Position numbers and translations under genes: made by a program | Notes under the pieces: model-generated | Databases searched by the model: none | What the model was told of the DNA's origin: nothing | What the model saw: the letters and a program-made list of their open reading frames with translations, nothing else | From: a virus | IMG/VR virus record: IMGVR_UViG_3300046167_000924 | Span: 32,001-96,000 of that record | Length of the DNA stretch: 64,000 nucleotides | Reading direction: 5' to 3' (one strand) | Shown here: positions 29,785 through 38,358 of the stretch, piece by piece | Numbering within the stretch: the first letter of the stretch is position 1 | How the letters are laid out: the number at the start of each line of letters is the position of its first letter

Positions 29785-29899
29785 AAGTCAATTTGGTTTT
29801 GTGTTTTAGTTTTCTGTCAAGAATTTTGTTTTTCATCTTGAAAGGGCGAGCTTTTGTAAAGAGAATGGATTGTCTTATCTTAATTTTTTTCGCTTTCAT
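29774..29899 (-). CDS. 41-aa basic peptide
   Basis: TTGACT-16-CATACT-7-ATG; MKAKKIKIRQ..RKLKHK. Confidence 0.6.
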   Translation of the reverse strand: MKAKKIKIRQSILFTKARPFKMKNKILDRKLKHKTKLTYVS

Positions 29900-29962
29900 A
29901 ATTAATAGTATGACAGAATTTTTTGTGAAGTCAAGTGTTTTTTTAGTGAATAATAAAATGAT

Positions 29963-30064
29963 ACCAAACACGGAGGGAGTCGAACCCACAAGAGTATAAT
30001 TAGGACTGCAATCCGCACCTCTCTTAATCACCACTAATTTGCAGATTAGTTTGATCGTGTTGGT
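29963..30064 (-). ncRNA. tRNA-Cys-like non-canonical RNA
   Basis: Own promoter; closing stem ACCAACACG/CGTGTTTGGT; GCGGATTGCAGTCC; T-arm GGGTTCGACTCCC; no CCA. Confidence 0.5.
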
Positions 30065-30130
30065 AAGTATTAGTATGTCAGAATCTCAAACTAAGTCAAC
30101 CCCTAAATGCAAAAAAAATGAAAATAGTTG

Positions 30131-30207
30131 CAAGCTCTTGATGCTCAATGACTTGCGCGAAAACGCCCAGGGCTTTTTGCCCTAACTAGTTCATAGCCAA
30201 CAGTTTA
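30131..30207 (-). repeat. 77-bp double-dyad element, copy 7
   Basis: Dyads at 30131 and 30183. Confidence 0.85.
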
Positions 30208-30451
30208 TGACATCTGCATAAATACATAATAAAATGTATGCACTAAAGGTTAATAAAATTGATGTAAATAATAATGCTTTAATCATTTTAATATCCTAAC
30301 CATTCCAATACTTTTTGTGCATTATACTCTTCTTTGTCGCCCATGTCCAAAATAAATTGATGAATATCTTGGCAACCATGTTTTGAGAGTTCCTCAAACG
30401 CTCTTGTTTGGCTAATCATTAAATCTTCGGCTGAATCGTAATATGTTTCAC

Positions 30452-31174
30452 TCATGAGTTTATCCCTTCCTTTACAAATCCTGTACTATCCTTTTTTGCC
30501 ATACCTTTCTCGATAAGACCAACGACCACACCTTGCTTGTCTAAAAAGCGAAGGTCATTATCATCGCCATTGATAACTTCAAAACCTTGCCAAGTTTTAG
30601 GTAATTGATTGCGAAACACTACGGCAACATTGCCACCCATGCCCAAAACCATTTTGCCAAGTTTCTGATTGGTTTCGGAAAGTGAGAAAGTTAAATGGTA
30701 GTTACTTGGCAATTCTCCATGAATAAATTGTTTCATCCGTTCAAATGACTTTGTATAGTCATAAAATTGAATTGACGGAAACTTATCAAAGATTGACTTT
30801 GGCTGATCTTCGCTGAAGAAAACAGATTCCCAAGCGATGTCGCTTGTAAGGTTAAGTCTGAAGACGGACTTCATTCCTTTCTTTGTAGATGTCTTAATTG
30901 AATTAGAAATTTCCTTTGATAACTTTGCAAGAAAATCCAACTGCTGAGTAAAAAACAATTTTGTCTTTGCTATGCGAGACTTTTGGATTGAGTCCATGCG
31001 ACCACGACCAGCAGTGTTAAGGCAAGAAGCAGTGCAACCTTTACTTCGCCAACGACAAACTTCGAAGCCCGAAAGTTGAGCAGGAGCGAGGTGAATTCCT
31101 TTAGTTGTATAGCCTAGCTTTTCGCCTTTGACTATCTTTGCGTTTCCTTGAGTGAGTAGTGTTGTCTTAATCAT
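30452..31174 (-). CDS. Gp88-like phage protein (radical-SAM-like Cys motif)
   Basis: CRWRSKGCTASCL, FRLNLTSD, FYDYTK, YHLTFS, GNVAVVF, DLRFLD; start 31174 from promoter. Confidence 0.8.
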   Translation of the reverse strand: MIKTTLLTQGNAKIVKGEKLGYTTKGIHLAPAQLSGFEVCRWRSKGCTASCLNTAGRGRMDSIQKSRIAKTKLFFTQQLDFLAKLSKEISNSIKTSTKKGMKSVFRLNLTSDIAWESVFFSEDQPKSIFDKFPSIQFYDYTKSFERMKQFIHGELPSNYHLTFSLSETNQKLGKMVLGMGGNVAVVFRNQLPKTWQGFEVINGDDNDLRFLDKQGVVVGLIEKGMAKKDSTGFVKEGINS

Positions 31175-31247
31175 GTATTCCATTATGACAGAATAAGGTG
31201 TGAAGTCAACCCCTAAATGCAAAAAAAGTAAAAAAAGTTTTGTTGCG

Positions 31248-31324
31248 GATGTCGTTGATACGCAAAGGCTTACGAAAAAAAGCCTAGGCCCGTTTTCCAT
31301 AACTGCCTGGCCTGCAACGACTTA
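31248..31324 (-). repeat. 77-bp double-dyad element, copy 8
   Basis: Dyads at 31248 and 31300. Confidence 0.85.
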
Positions 31325-31345
31325 CGAAACAATAATTCAAGATGC

Positions 31346-31371
31346 AAAAAAGCCTCCCCGAAGGGAGGCTT
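31346..31371 (-). terminator. Intrinsic terminator
   Basis: AGCCTCCC-TTCG-GGGAGGCT plus T run. Confidence 0.9.
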
Positions 31372-31397
31372 GAGCCTACTCGTTTCCGAGCTTGCGA

Positions 31398-31628
31398 TTA
31401 ACCAACTGACCTCTTAAAAGATTTGTTAGCACAAGTCGCACGAAGAACATGGCGACGATTAACTCGACGATTTGCTCCATTCATGTCCGAAAACATAACA
31501 TGACGAGAAGTCACGCTATTGACTTTAGCAGAGAAGACCTTGCGTTGCTCACCTTGCTTGACAAGAAGAGAAACGAAACGACCTTTGAGACTATCAACTA
31601 CATTTTTGAGTTTTGCTTGATTTTTCAT
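31398..31628 (-). CDS. Basic hypothetical protein
   Basis: aaaattATG start, followed by terminator. Confidence 0.75.
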   Translation of the reverse strand: MKNQAKLKNVVDSLKGRFVSLLVKQGEQRKVFSAKVNSVTSRHVMFSDMNGANRRVNRRHVLRATCANKSFKRSVG

Positions 31629-31675
31629 AATTTTAATTTTTGTTAGGTTTGTGTTTTGGTTTTGATTAAGAATGA

Positions 31676-32413
31676 TTACTTTACAAGTGCGACTTCGGAG
31701 TCAAGAACACCATGCAATGCGAGAGAACGATTTGGTAAGGCATGAACTCCACCTTTAAGGACATGAGTAAAGCCGTTATACAATGAGTGCATATTCCGAG
31801 CAGAAAAGTCATCATGTTCGGGTTTGTGCCATTGCTCAACTACATCAGCGATTTTGCCCTTGCTGATAGCACCATTTTGAAAAGCACGGATAACAAGGTC
31901 ATGGGCTTGCTCGTTGCCAAGTTCGTACTCTTTGTACGCTTCGATGCGTTTCTCATCGCTTGCCCATGTCTCAGTCATCTTGCCGAGAGTGCGAGCGATA
32001 ACTTGAGACAAGTCAGTCAAAATGTTTTTTGTGTGCCGTCTTGCAAGAGTCACTTCGTTAGTGAAGATAAGGTTGGAGCAAACAAATGGAGCATTGCCCA
32101 TGCACAAACCTGCTGGAAAGCATTTGTCGTGTGAGTTGCGAAGACCAAGGACTGTGCCACGATCATCAGCATCAGAACCCGTGTTCTTGACATGGAAGAG
32201 ACCGAAGTAACGCTGACCGAATCTGTGAAGAGAATGGTAAGTGTCAACAATTTCCCAACCATTGTCTTGAATTTGGTTTTGCACACGATCAACAAGGAAC
32301 GCATGACCGATTGGTTGCCAAGACTCAGTCTTTTCGGGAGTCTGTACGGACTTTACTTCGCTAAAGTCAATTCTTTTTGTGCCACATACGGAGAGATCAA
32401 TTTTTTTATTCAT
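31676..32413 (-). CDS. DUF932-family protein
   Basis: LGLRNSHDK and PFVCSNL motifs. Confidence 0.8.
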   Translation of the reverse strand: MNKKIDLSVCGTKRIDFSEVKSVQTPEKTESWQPIGHAFLVDRVQNQIQDNGWEIVDTYHSLHRFGQRYFGLFHVKNTGSDADDRGTVLGLRNSHDKCFPAGLCMGNAPFVCSNLIFTNEVTLARRHTKNILTDLSQVIARTLGKMTETWASDEKRIEAYKEYELGNEQAHDLVIRAFQNGAISKGKIADVVEQWHKPEHDDFSARNMHSLYNGFTHVLKGGVHALPNRSLALHGVLDSEVALVK

Positions 32414-32613
32414 AATTTTTAGTGTTGGTTTATCGTCTTTGATGGGTTAATTATACTAAAGTTTTTGGTTTTTGTCAAGCTTTTTTTTCTTCGATTAAGT
32501 TTTTTTTGTTTCGACTAATTTTTTTTAAGTTCAGTTATCTCGCTTATGTATACAAGTATGACAGAAAATGATGTAATGTCAACCCTTTTTTTTCATAAAA
32601 ATAAAGATTGTCG

Positions 32614-32690
32614 TAAGTTTCTTAGTATCAATGAGTTAGGGCAAACCGGCCAGGGCGATTTTTTGCAAGTCGTTGTATAGCAAAGGCTAA
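32614..32690 (-). repeat. 77-bp double-dyad element, copy 9
   Basis: Dyads at 32614 and 32666. Confidence 0.85.
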
Positions 32691-32724
32691 GGCGAGCTTG
32701 GATTTACCAAGCCCGCCCCTTTAA

Positions 32725-32889
32725 CTATACCCTTTTTTCGAGAGAGTAAAGTTCACCAAGAAGAAGGTTGTGAGCCAATTTCTTAGCAAACAATTCTTCT
32801 CCCCTCAAGCCTCGCAATTCAGCTTGAGCCAAAGCGTAGCCCATATTGCGAACTTTATTCCTAAGGTTTTCAATTCGAGAATTTCGCAT
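32725..32889 (-). CDS. Small hypothetical protein (54 aa)
   Basis: MRNSRIENL..EKRV, followed by hairpin. Confidence 0.6.
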   Translation of the reverse strand: MRNSRIENLRNKVRNMGYALAQAELRGLRGEELFAKKLAHNLLLGELYSLEKRV

Positions 32890-32892
32890 ATC

Positions 32893-33102
32893 TTATCCTT
32901 GGTTAGGTTGTGAATAGTGGTTGTAAGATTGTTCTGCTTCTTGGGCAGAGTCAAAACTTACTGCGATTAAATCCCTTGAGTCATAAGGATGCCAAGGCGT
33001 GGCAGACTCTTCAAAGTACAATTCCCATTGCTCTGAATCTTGGTTGAAACTTGGTTTGTCAAGAGGTTGTCCCTCGCATACTGCATCAATATATTCGTTC
33101 AT
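32893..33102 (-). CDS. Hypothetical protein
   Basis: Operon-coupled ORF. Confidence 0.7.
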   Translation of the reverse strand: MNEYIDAVCEGQPLDKPSFNQDSEQWELYFEESATPWHPYDSRDLIAVSFDSAQEAEQSYNHYSQPNQG

Positions 33103-33104
33103 CC

Positions 33105-33302
33105 TTATCCCTCCATGTGGTTGAGTAATTGGTCAAGAACAGATTGCTTGTTGCCCTTGAATCCGAATTCAGATTTTACAATCGAGTAGCAACTTCTACC
33201 TCTCGACATCTTTAGTCCATTCATTTCCAATTTTATTCCTCTTGCGAGAGTCCTTAATCGGAATGCGTTAATTTGTTGTGGTGTTTCTAGTGTCATGCTC
33301 AT
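33105..33302 (-). CDS. Hypothetical protein
   Basis: TTGACT-16-CAAACT-7-ATG. Confidence 0.75.
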   Translation of the reverse strand: MSMTLETPQQINAFRLRTLARGIKLEMNGLKMSRGRSCYSIVKSEFGFKGNKQSVLDQLLNHMEG

Positions 33303-33340
33303 AATGTATAGTTTGTCAGATTTTCAGCAAAAGTCAAGCC

Positions 33341-33748
33341 TTAATACCAAGAAGAGTAAAAAATTCTGTGCTTTTTCTCAAGCATTTTTCTTGCTTCTTT
33401 GATGAATGTCAAGTCAGATTCTTTGTACCAATAATCGTTATCGGCATGAGGTTCGTCATTTTCGTCAGTCCAAAAATAAGAATCTGAACCAAAAAAGAAT
33501 CCATCTGTTTCGGGAAGTTCAAAGTTAAGAATTGCTTCCTCAAGAGAATCAATGTCTTCAGATGTGAGTGGTAATACTGCACAATTAAAATCACCATCTT
33601 CATTTGCGTTTGGACAACCTTTGCTTTGCCAAAGGTCTTCCATCCAACCTTGCAAGCGATTGTGTTTTCTCCACTCGCCAATTTGAATATCATCATCCGA
33701 GTTGCGTTTGCGTGGTGGTCGTGCGTATGCGTATTGATCTAATCCCAT
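33341..33748 (-). CDS. Conserved-type phage protein (MGLDQY..WRKHN)
   Basis: MGLD start, WRKxN, GFFFG, YSSWY end. Confidence 0.8.
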   Translation of the reverse strand: MGLDQYAYARPPRKRNSDDDIQIGEWRKHNRLQGWMEDLWQSKGCPNANEDGDFNCAVLPLTSEDIDSLEEAILNFELPETDGFFFGSDSYFWTDENDEPHADNDYWYKESDLTFIKEARKMLEKKHRIFYSSWY

Positions 33749-33764
33749 GATTTTTTCCTTGTGT

Positions 33765-34013
33765 TTATAGTTGTGCTGATTGAAATGAAGACTCTATTCT
33801 AAGCTCATTTTGCAATGATGTCAAACTTAAAATGATGTCTTCTAAAACTTCTTCGGCTGATTGAAATGTACTTCCAAGTGGAAACTTTTCGGGGTGACGC
33901 TCGTTCTGTTCCAAGCAAACCTTGGACATTGGATCTGCGTATGCCATTTCTCCTCGAACGATGCTTAAAATGTTTTCTCTAATTTTTGCTTGCGTCATAA
34001 TTACTTGCTCCAA
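33765..34013 (-). CDS. Hypothetical protein
   Basis: Operon ORF. Confidence 0.65.
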   Translation of the reverse strand: MEQVIMTQAKIRENILSIVRGEMAYADPMSKVCLEQNERHPEKFPLGSTFQSAEEVLEDIILSLTSLQNELRIESSFQSAQL

Positions 34014-34146
34014 TCTACTTCATCTAGTTGAACTTCTCCCATTCCGAAGATTAACTCGAAAATCACCATTAACTCTGTCGGACTTAAATAGTCAAATTGG
34101 TCAATGATCTCTTTTTTGATGCTTGTTTTGGTCATTTGTGTTTCAT

Positions 34147-34545
34147 TCATAATACTGCTAATACTTGTTTGGGTTCTAATCTTACGGCAATAGCATAGTC
34201 TACCATTTGTTCCGTGTCCTTGTCAACAAAATTCTCATACTTATATGGGTTGTATGAAACAGGTCGTGCGGTGGGATGAGATTCTCTCCAATCACCCATT
34301 TGCCAATTCTCTATATAACCCTCGATTCCTGCATGAACATTTTTACGCTGTTCTTTTAAAACTCTTTCTCGCCCACTCTTGCTAACCTTGAAGGTGCAAC
34401 TATGCATTGCCAATAATTTAGTGTGAGCCTTGACCAATCCGTTTTGCTTGATGCTCCAACATTTTTTGTGAAGATTTTTGTAAACAAAAACAGGACTGCC
34501 AAAGTCAATCTTATATCTTTTTTCGTTAGGCTTAGTCTTAATCAT
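34147..34545 (-). CDS. Hypothetical phage protein
   Basis: VYKNLHKKCWS, RKNVHA, YNPYK; TTGACT-16-CATACT-7-ATG. Confidence 0.8.
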   Translation of the reverse strand: MIKTKPNEKRYKIDFGSPVFVYKNLHKKCWSIKQNGLVKAHTKLLAMHSCTFKVSKSGRERVLKEQRKNVHAGIEGYIENWQMGDWRESHPTARPVSYNPYKYENFVDKDTEQMVDYAIAVRLEPKQVLAVL

Positions 34546-34610
34546 GTATATAAGTATGACAGGTTTTTACCGCAAGTCAACCTTTTTTTTCATTTAATTG
34601 AATATAGTTG

Positions 34611-34687
34611 TAAGTTGTTGAGCTCCAAAGACTTACGTAAAAAAGCCTAGGCGGATTTTCCGCAACTTGTTGATATACAACGACTTA
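34611..34687 (-). repeat. 77-bp double-dyad element, copy 10
   Basis: Dyads at 34611 and 34663. Confidence 0.9.
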
Positions 34688-34838
34688 TGTAAATTATAAT
34701 TTTATTCTTTTTTTTCTGAATTTATTTTATTTTATTTTCTTTATTTATTTAGATTGTTATTTGTTCCCCCCTTATTTGTAATATATATAATTGGTATTTG
34801 GTTGTGTTATTTGGACAAGGGAATATTTGCTTTGGGTT

Positions 34839-34922
34839 TTAATAGTCTTCGTTTTTGTGTTCGATTACTGCGCGGATGAGGCCTAGGATTACTGAGACGA
34901 CAATAATTAAAGTCGGATCCAC
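34839..34922 (-). CDS. 27-aa hydrophobic peptide
   Basis: GTG overlapping TAG; MDPTLIIVVSVILGLIRAVIEHKNEDY. Confidence 0.45.
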   Translation of the reverse strand: MDPTLIIVVSVILGLIRAVIEHKNEDY

Positions 34923-35497
34923 TATGCTGTGCCAGAATACTTCTTCCAGATTTCCAAATCAAGATCAGTCACTGACTTACCTAGTTGTCGAGCAATACTC
35001 TTAAAGATGTTCGCGAAATAATAGTATGTATTCTCATTAGTTGGCGTGCTCTTTGGGGCGTCGCCATATCCTTGGTCGCGAAGGAACCTTAAGATATGTG
35101 TGTCGAGCATTGGTTCGTCAAAGTCTTCGCGACTATGAGAAAGAAAGAATCTTGCTGTTTTGAGCCCGATGCCAGCAACCTGTAGTAAACGGTTAAGAGT
35201 AACGGTTTGAAGGTCTTGAATCTTTGATACAGCAACATAAGAGTTATATCTTTGCTTGTATGGACTAAGCTTTGCCCAATGCATGATCTCTTGCAGCCGG
35301 CCCAATTTAATCAATTTTCTTATACAATTAAGTGGAGTAGTTTCTTTTGTTATATCTTTTGCTCTTTCAATAAACACTTCTAATTTAGGTGCTTCAATTG
35401 AGCTTTTCTTTCCTGCTACATTAATACAAAATAAGATAAATTCTTCTAATTCGTATTGTGTTCTATTATAGTTTGTTACTTCTGCTGGATTAATCAT
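34922..35497 (-). CDS. HhH-GPD DNA glycosylase, Ogg2-like
   Basis: GIGLKTARFFL, LDTHILRFL, LDLEIW. Confidence 0.75.
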   Translation of the reverse strand: MINPAEVTNYNRTQYELEEFILFCINVAGKKSSIEAPKLEVFIERAKDITKETTPLNCIRKLIKLGRLQEIMHWAKLSPYKQRYNSYVAVSKIQDLQTVTLNRLLQVAGIGLKTARFFLSHSREDFDEPMLDTHILRFLRDQGYGDAPKSTPTNENTYYYFANIFKSIARQLGKSVTDLDLEIWKKYSGTA

Positions 35498-35515
35498 ATG
35501 TTTTTTTGTTTATGG

Positions 35516-35770
35516 TTATTGTGCAATGTGGAGTGTTGTGCGAAGATTGTCGCATTCTTTACTCGAGAAAAATACTTCTCTGCAATAGTCGACATCTCTT
35601 TCTTCTACATCTTCGATGCGTTGAATTGCACGCCAAACAGGCATGCGTTCTCTTTGCATTCCGCCCCATTTGATTACTACTCTCATGTGTGGAAAGTGTT
35701 CGTTGAGTTCGGCGAGTTGTGGTTTGGTTATATATCCGTAGTTCGCGAGAATGTTTTTTAATGTGTTCAT
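35516..35770 (-). CDS. Hypothetical protein
   Basis: TTGACA-16-CATACT-7-ATG. Confidence 0.7.
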   Translation of the reverse strand: MNTLKNILANYGYITKPQLAELNEHFPHMRVVIKWGGMQRERMPVWRAIQRIEDVEERDVDYCREVFFSSKECDNLRTTLHIAQ

Positions 35771-35807
35771 GAGTACTAGTATGACAGATTTCGAATCATT
35801 GTCAAAC

Positions 35808-35842
35808 AAAAAAACCTACCCAAGGAATAAACCTTGAGTAGG
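35808..35842 (-). terminator. Intrinsic terminator
   Basis: 11-bp stem CCTACTCAAGG/CCTTGGGTAGG plus T run. Confidence 0.85.
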
Positions 35843-35844
35843 CT

Positions 35845-36203
35845 AGAATGCATGATTAAGAAAATGGTGTGGGGAAGGACTACTGTATACCTCCAATTTT
35901 TCGGCGTGAACATCAGTTCATTGTGTACCTACTTCAAACTACAGACTAGACATGGTATTGTCATTTGGCTCATTCGATTGAACTCTACCAACCCTACCAC
36001 AGGGATCTGCATACTTTAGCCCGCTCACGACAGGCTTATTCGGTCACCCACAGGATGTCTCCGTCGAGAACATCCAAAGTTAAAACAAATTGAAATGAGA
36101 ATGTAAACTCTGATCTACAGAATGACTTATTAAACTCCAACTTGTTTTTAAAATGTAAAAGATCAATTATTTTATTTGATTGAGTTTATTTCTCAATTGT
36201 TAT
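35845..36203 (-). ncRNA. Candidate large structured ncRNA
   Basis: TTGACT-17-TATAAT promoter (36238/36215), no sense ORF, several hairpins, terminator. Confidence 0.55.
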
Positions 36204-36246
36204 ACGAGTATTATACTATATATTTGATTAAAAGTCAAGCACTTTT

Positions 36247-36501
36247 TTATATATTTGTAATTTTATTATTTGCTACTCTATTTATTCTTAATAGGTCTTG
36301 TTGTATTTGGTTAATATATTTGTATGTATTATTTGCATCAATTATTTTATTGTTTGGATATTGTGTGCAATGATAAAGATCAGCAATAAATTCATTTAGC
36401 TTGGCGAGTTTAACATACACATATTCTTTTTCAGTTAGCTCGTTGCGAAGTTCTTGTTCTGTGGCGAACATCGAGGCTTTTGGGGATAGTGACTCGATCA
36501 T
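36247..36501 (-). CDS. Hypothetical protein
   Basis: Coupled to upstream ORF. Confidence 0.6.
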   Translation of the reverse strand: MIESLSPKASMFATEQELRNELTEKEYVYVKLAKLNEFIADLYHCTQYPNNKIIDANNTYKYINQIQQDLLRINRVANNKITNI

Positions 36502-36722
36502 TAAATGAAAATTCCTTTCAATCTTAATCTTGCTCGGCTTGCTTCGACTCGTGCAATGCGAACTGCATCTGCTTTTTGAGATAGTTTGGTGGAATAGTAT
36601 ATACTATCCTCGGCAACTGATCCATAATTTGCAAACTTACCTTGCTTGTTCGCAGGTGTGTGTTTACCACTTTTAATATCTGCCATTACTTGGCTCGCTC
36701 TCGCATTTTTCGCAATACTCAT
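36501..36722 (-). CDS. Basic hypothetical protein
   Basis: aaaattATG start. Confidence 0.7.
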   Translation of the reverse strand: MSIAKNARASQVMADIKSGKHTPANKQGKFANYGSVAEDSIYYSTKLSQKADAVRIARVEASRARLRLKGIFI

Positions 36723-36984
36723 AATTTTATCTTTTTTTAGTTGTAGTTAAGTTGAACACGGACGACATTTATGCCATCTTCTTCATCAAGATCAGCAATA
36801 TCACATCCATTAAACTTGCCGAATGCACTAATAACATTCTCTTCGTCAAAAGGATTGGCGACAAAGGAACATAAATCATTTCCGTAATAATCTTCAATTT
36901 GTATTTTTATCATAATTTTTAAGCAATAATTTGTTTTATGTATTCTAGTATATCAGAATGTAATTTATTGTCAAGTCTTTTTTT

Positions 36985-37173
36985 TTAAGAAACGAATCCG
37001 TATGTTGGAAGATCAAATTCATGATCGAACATTCCTACTTCATCCCATCCATAAAGAATCAATGCTTGATCGAGATCATCTTTCATTAAATGCTTTCTGT
37101 CAATAACTGCGAGTTCACTACCTTTTGGAATCATGCCGTCAACATTTTTTATGTCGATTTCTTGAAATGTCAT
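36985..37173 (-). CDS. Hypothetical protein
   Basis: ATGA overlap. Confidence 0.65.
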   Translation of the reverse strand: MTFQEIDIKNVDGMIPKGSELAVIDRKHLMKDDLDQALILYGWDEVGMFDHEFDLPTYGFVS

Positions 37174-37421
37174 AGCACTTTTCCTCCGACTCTATAGACA
37201 GACCATTGTTCTTGTCCTTGATAAGAAATGTATTGATTATCATTCTCTGCCCAATCAACTGCACCTTGTAGTGAACGAAAATAAAGAGGCGATTCGCTCG
37301 GACTCGCATCATCTACTAACATATATACTCCCTCTGCGAGATCGCATGTACTGACATTCTTTTCTTTTTTAGCTTGAGCTTGCCACTCAAGATATTCTAG
37401 TTGTTCTTCGCAATAATTCAT
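37170..37421 (-). CDS. Hypothetical protein
   Basis: TTGACA-16-TATACT-7-ATG. Confidence 0.7.
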   Translation of the reverse strand: MNYCEEQLEYLEWQAQAKKEKNVSTCDLAEGVYMLVDDASPSESPLYFRSLQGAVDWAENDNQYISYQGQEQWSVYRVGGKVL

Positions 37422-37439
37422 AACCCTAAGTATATCAGA

Positions 37440-37589
37440 TTAGGATTTGTTGTCAAGCCTTTTTTTGTTGAATTTACTTTTTCCTCCGAATGCTCCTGTT
37501 GGAGTAGCTTGTCCGCCCTTTGAGCCGAACATCCCTTTTCCACTTTTCTTTTTTCCAACTAAGTATTTATTTGAGTTTATTTGATTCAT
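37440..37589 (-). CDS. 49-aa Lys/Gly-rich peptide
   Basis: MNQINSNKYLVGKKKSGKGMFGSKGGQATPTGAFGGKSKFNKKRLDNKS. Confidence 0.5.
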   Translation of the reverse strand: MNQINSNKYLVGKKKSGKGMFGSKGGQATPTGAFGGKSKFNKKRLDNKS

Positions 37590-37925
37590 AATTTTGTATA
37601 ATTAATGTTATTTAAATTGTATTGTTTTGCTTTTTATATCAAGCATTTGTATTGTTTATTTAGTATATTGTATTGTATAAGAGTAAATACTATAATAATG
37701 CATTTTATATCATGCAAAAATTTGTTTATTTATTTCTTAATATTTGAGCAATCAACATTAGTGTTTTATTTAAATCAGATAATTCTTTTCTTACATCATC
37801 TGTATATCCATTTGAGATAGATATTTGGTCTTTTATCTTTTGCAATTCTTTTGTTATTTCGTCCATGATTAATAGTATGGCAGAATATTTGGCGATTGTC
37901 AAGCCTTTTTTTAAAAAAAATCAAA

Positions 37926-38002
37926 TGGCGGGATAGACGAGACTCGAACTCGCGACCTTCTGCGTGACAGGCAGACACTCTAACCAACTGAGCTACTACC
38001 CC
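37926..38002 (-). tRNA. tRNA-Asp (GTC)
   Basis: Cloverleaf, CT-GTC-AC loop, encoded CCA. Confidence 0.93.
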
Positions 38003-38034
38003 GATTATTTGATAAAAATATTTGTATAATTAAG

Positions 38035-38127
38035 TGGCGGAGAAAGAGGGATTCGAACCCTCGGAAGAGCGTTAAACCCTTCAGCAGTTTAGCAAACTAC
38101 CGCATTCGACCACTCTGCCATTTCTCC
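38035..38127 (-). tRNA. tRNA-Ser (GCT)
   Basis: Long variable arm, TT-GCT-AA loop, encoded CCA. Confidence 0.93.
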
Positions 38128-38145
38128 TCGAAATAACATTACACT

Positions 38146-38358
38146 TTATTTGTCGTAAATATTTGTACAATTAAATTCGGGCGAGTCAGTCCACATTCCT
38201 TTGGCATATTTGCCGTCATTTGTTTTGAGATTGATTGTTGCGTACAAGTGTTCAAGCATTGCCTTGTCATCTTCGCTTTCTTTATTTGATGTTTTATTTT
38301 TTGCAATTATTTTATTTATATCATCTAATATATGATCTATTTCTCTTCTTATGTGCAT
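38146..38358 (-). CDS. Hypothetical protein
   Basis: Operon ORF. Confidence 0.6.
   Translation of the reverse strand: MHIRREIDHILDDINKIIAKNKTSNKESEDDKAMLEHLYATINLKTNDGKYAKGMWTDSPEFNCTNIYDK

Noticed and set aside
23754-34687. Dyad elements as a CRISPR array
   Set aside because: Copies are degenerate and separated by hundreds to thousands of bp of genes; no cas genes in the window
23754-34687. Dyad elements as integron attC sites or simple terminators
   Set aside because: No RYYYAAC/GTTRRRY ends, no integrase seen, arm variation does not conserve pairing; real terminators occur separately (31346, 35808)
35845-36203. tmRNA (contains PNDNTMSSL* and ends in CCA)
   Set aside because: No G3-U70 alanine acceptor, no canonical T-arm, no GCA resume codon in frame
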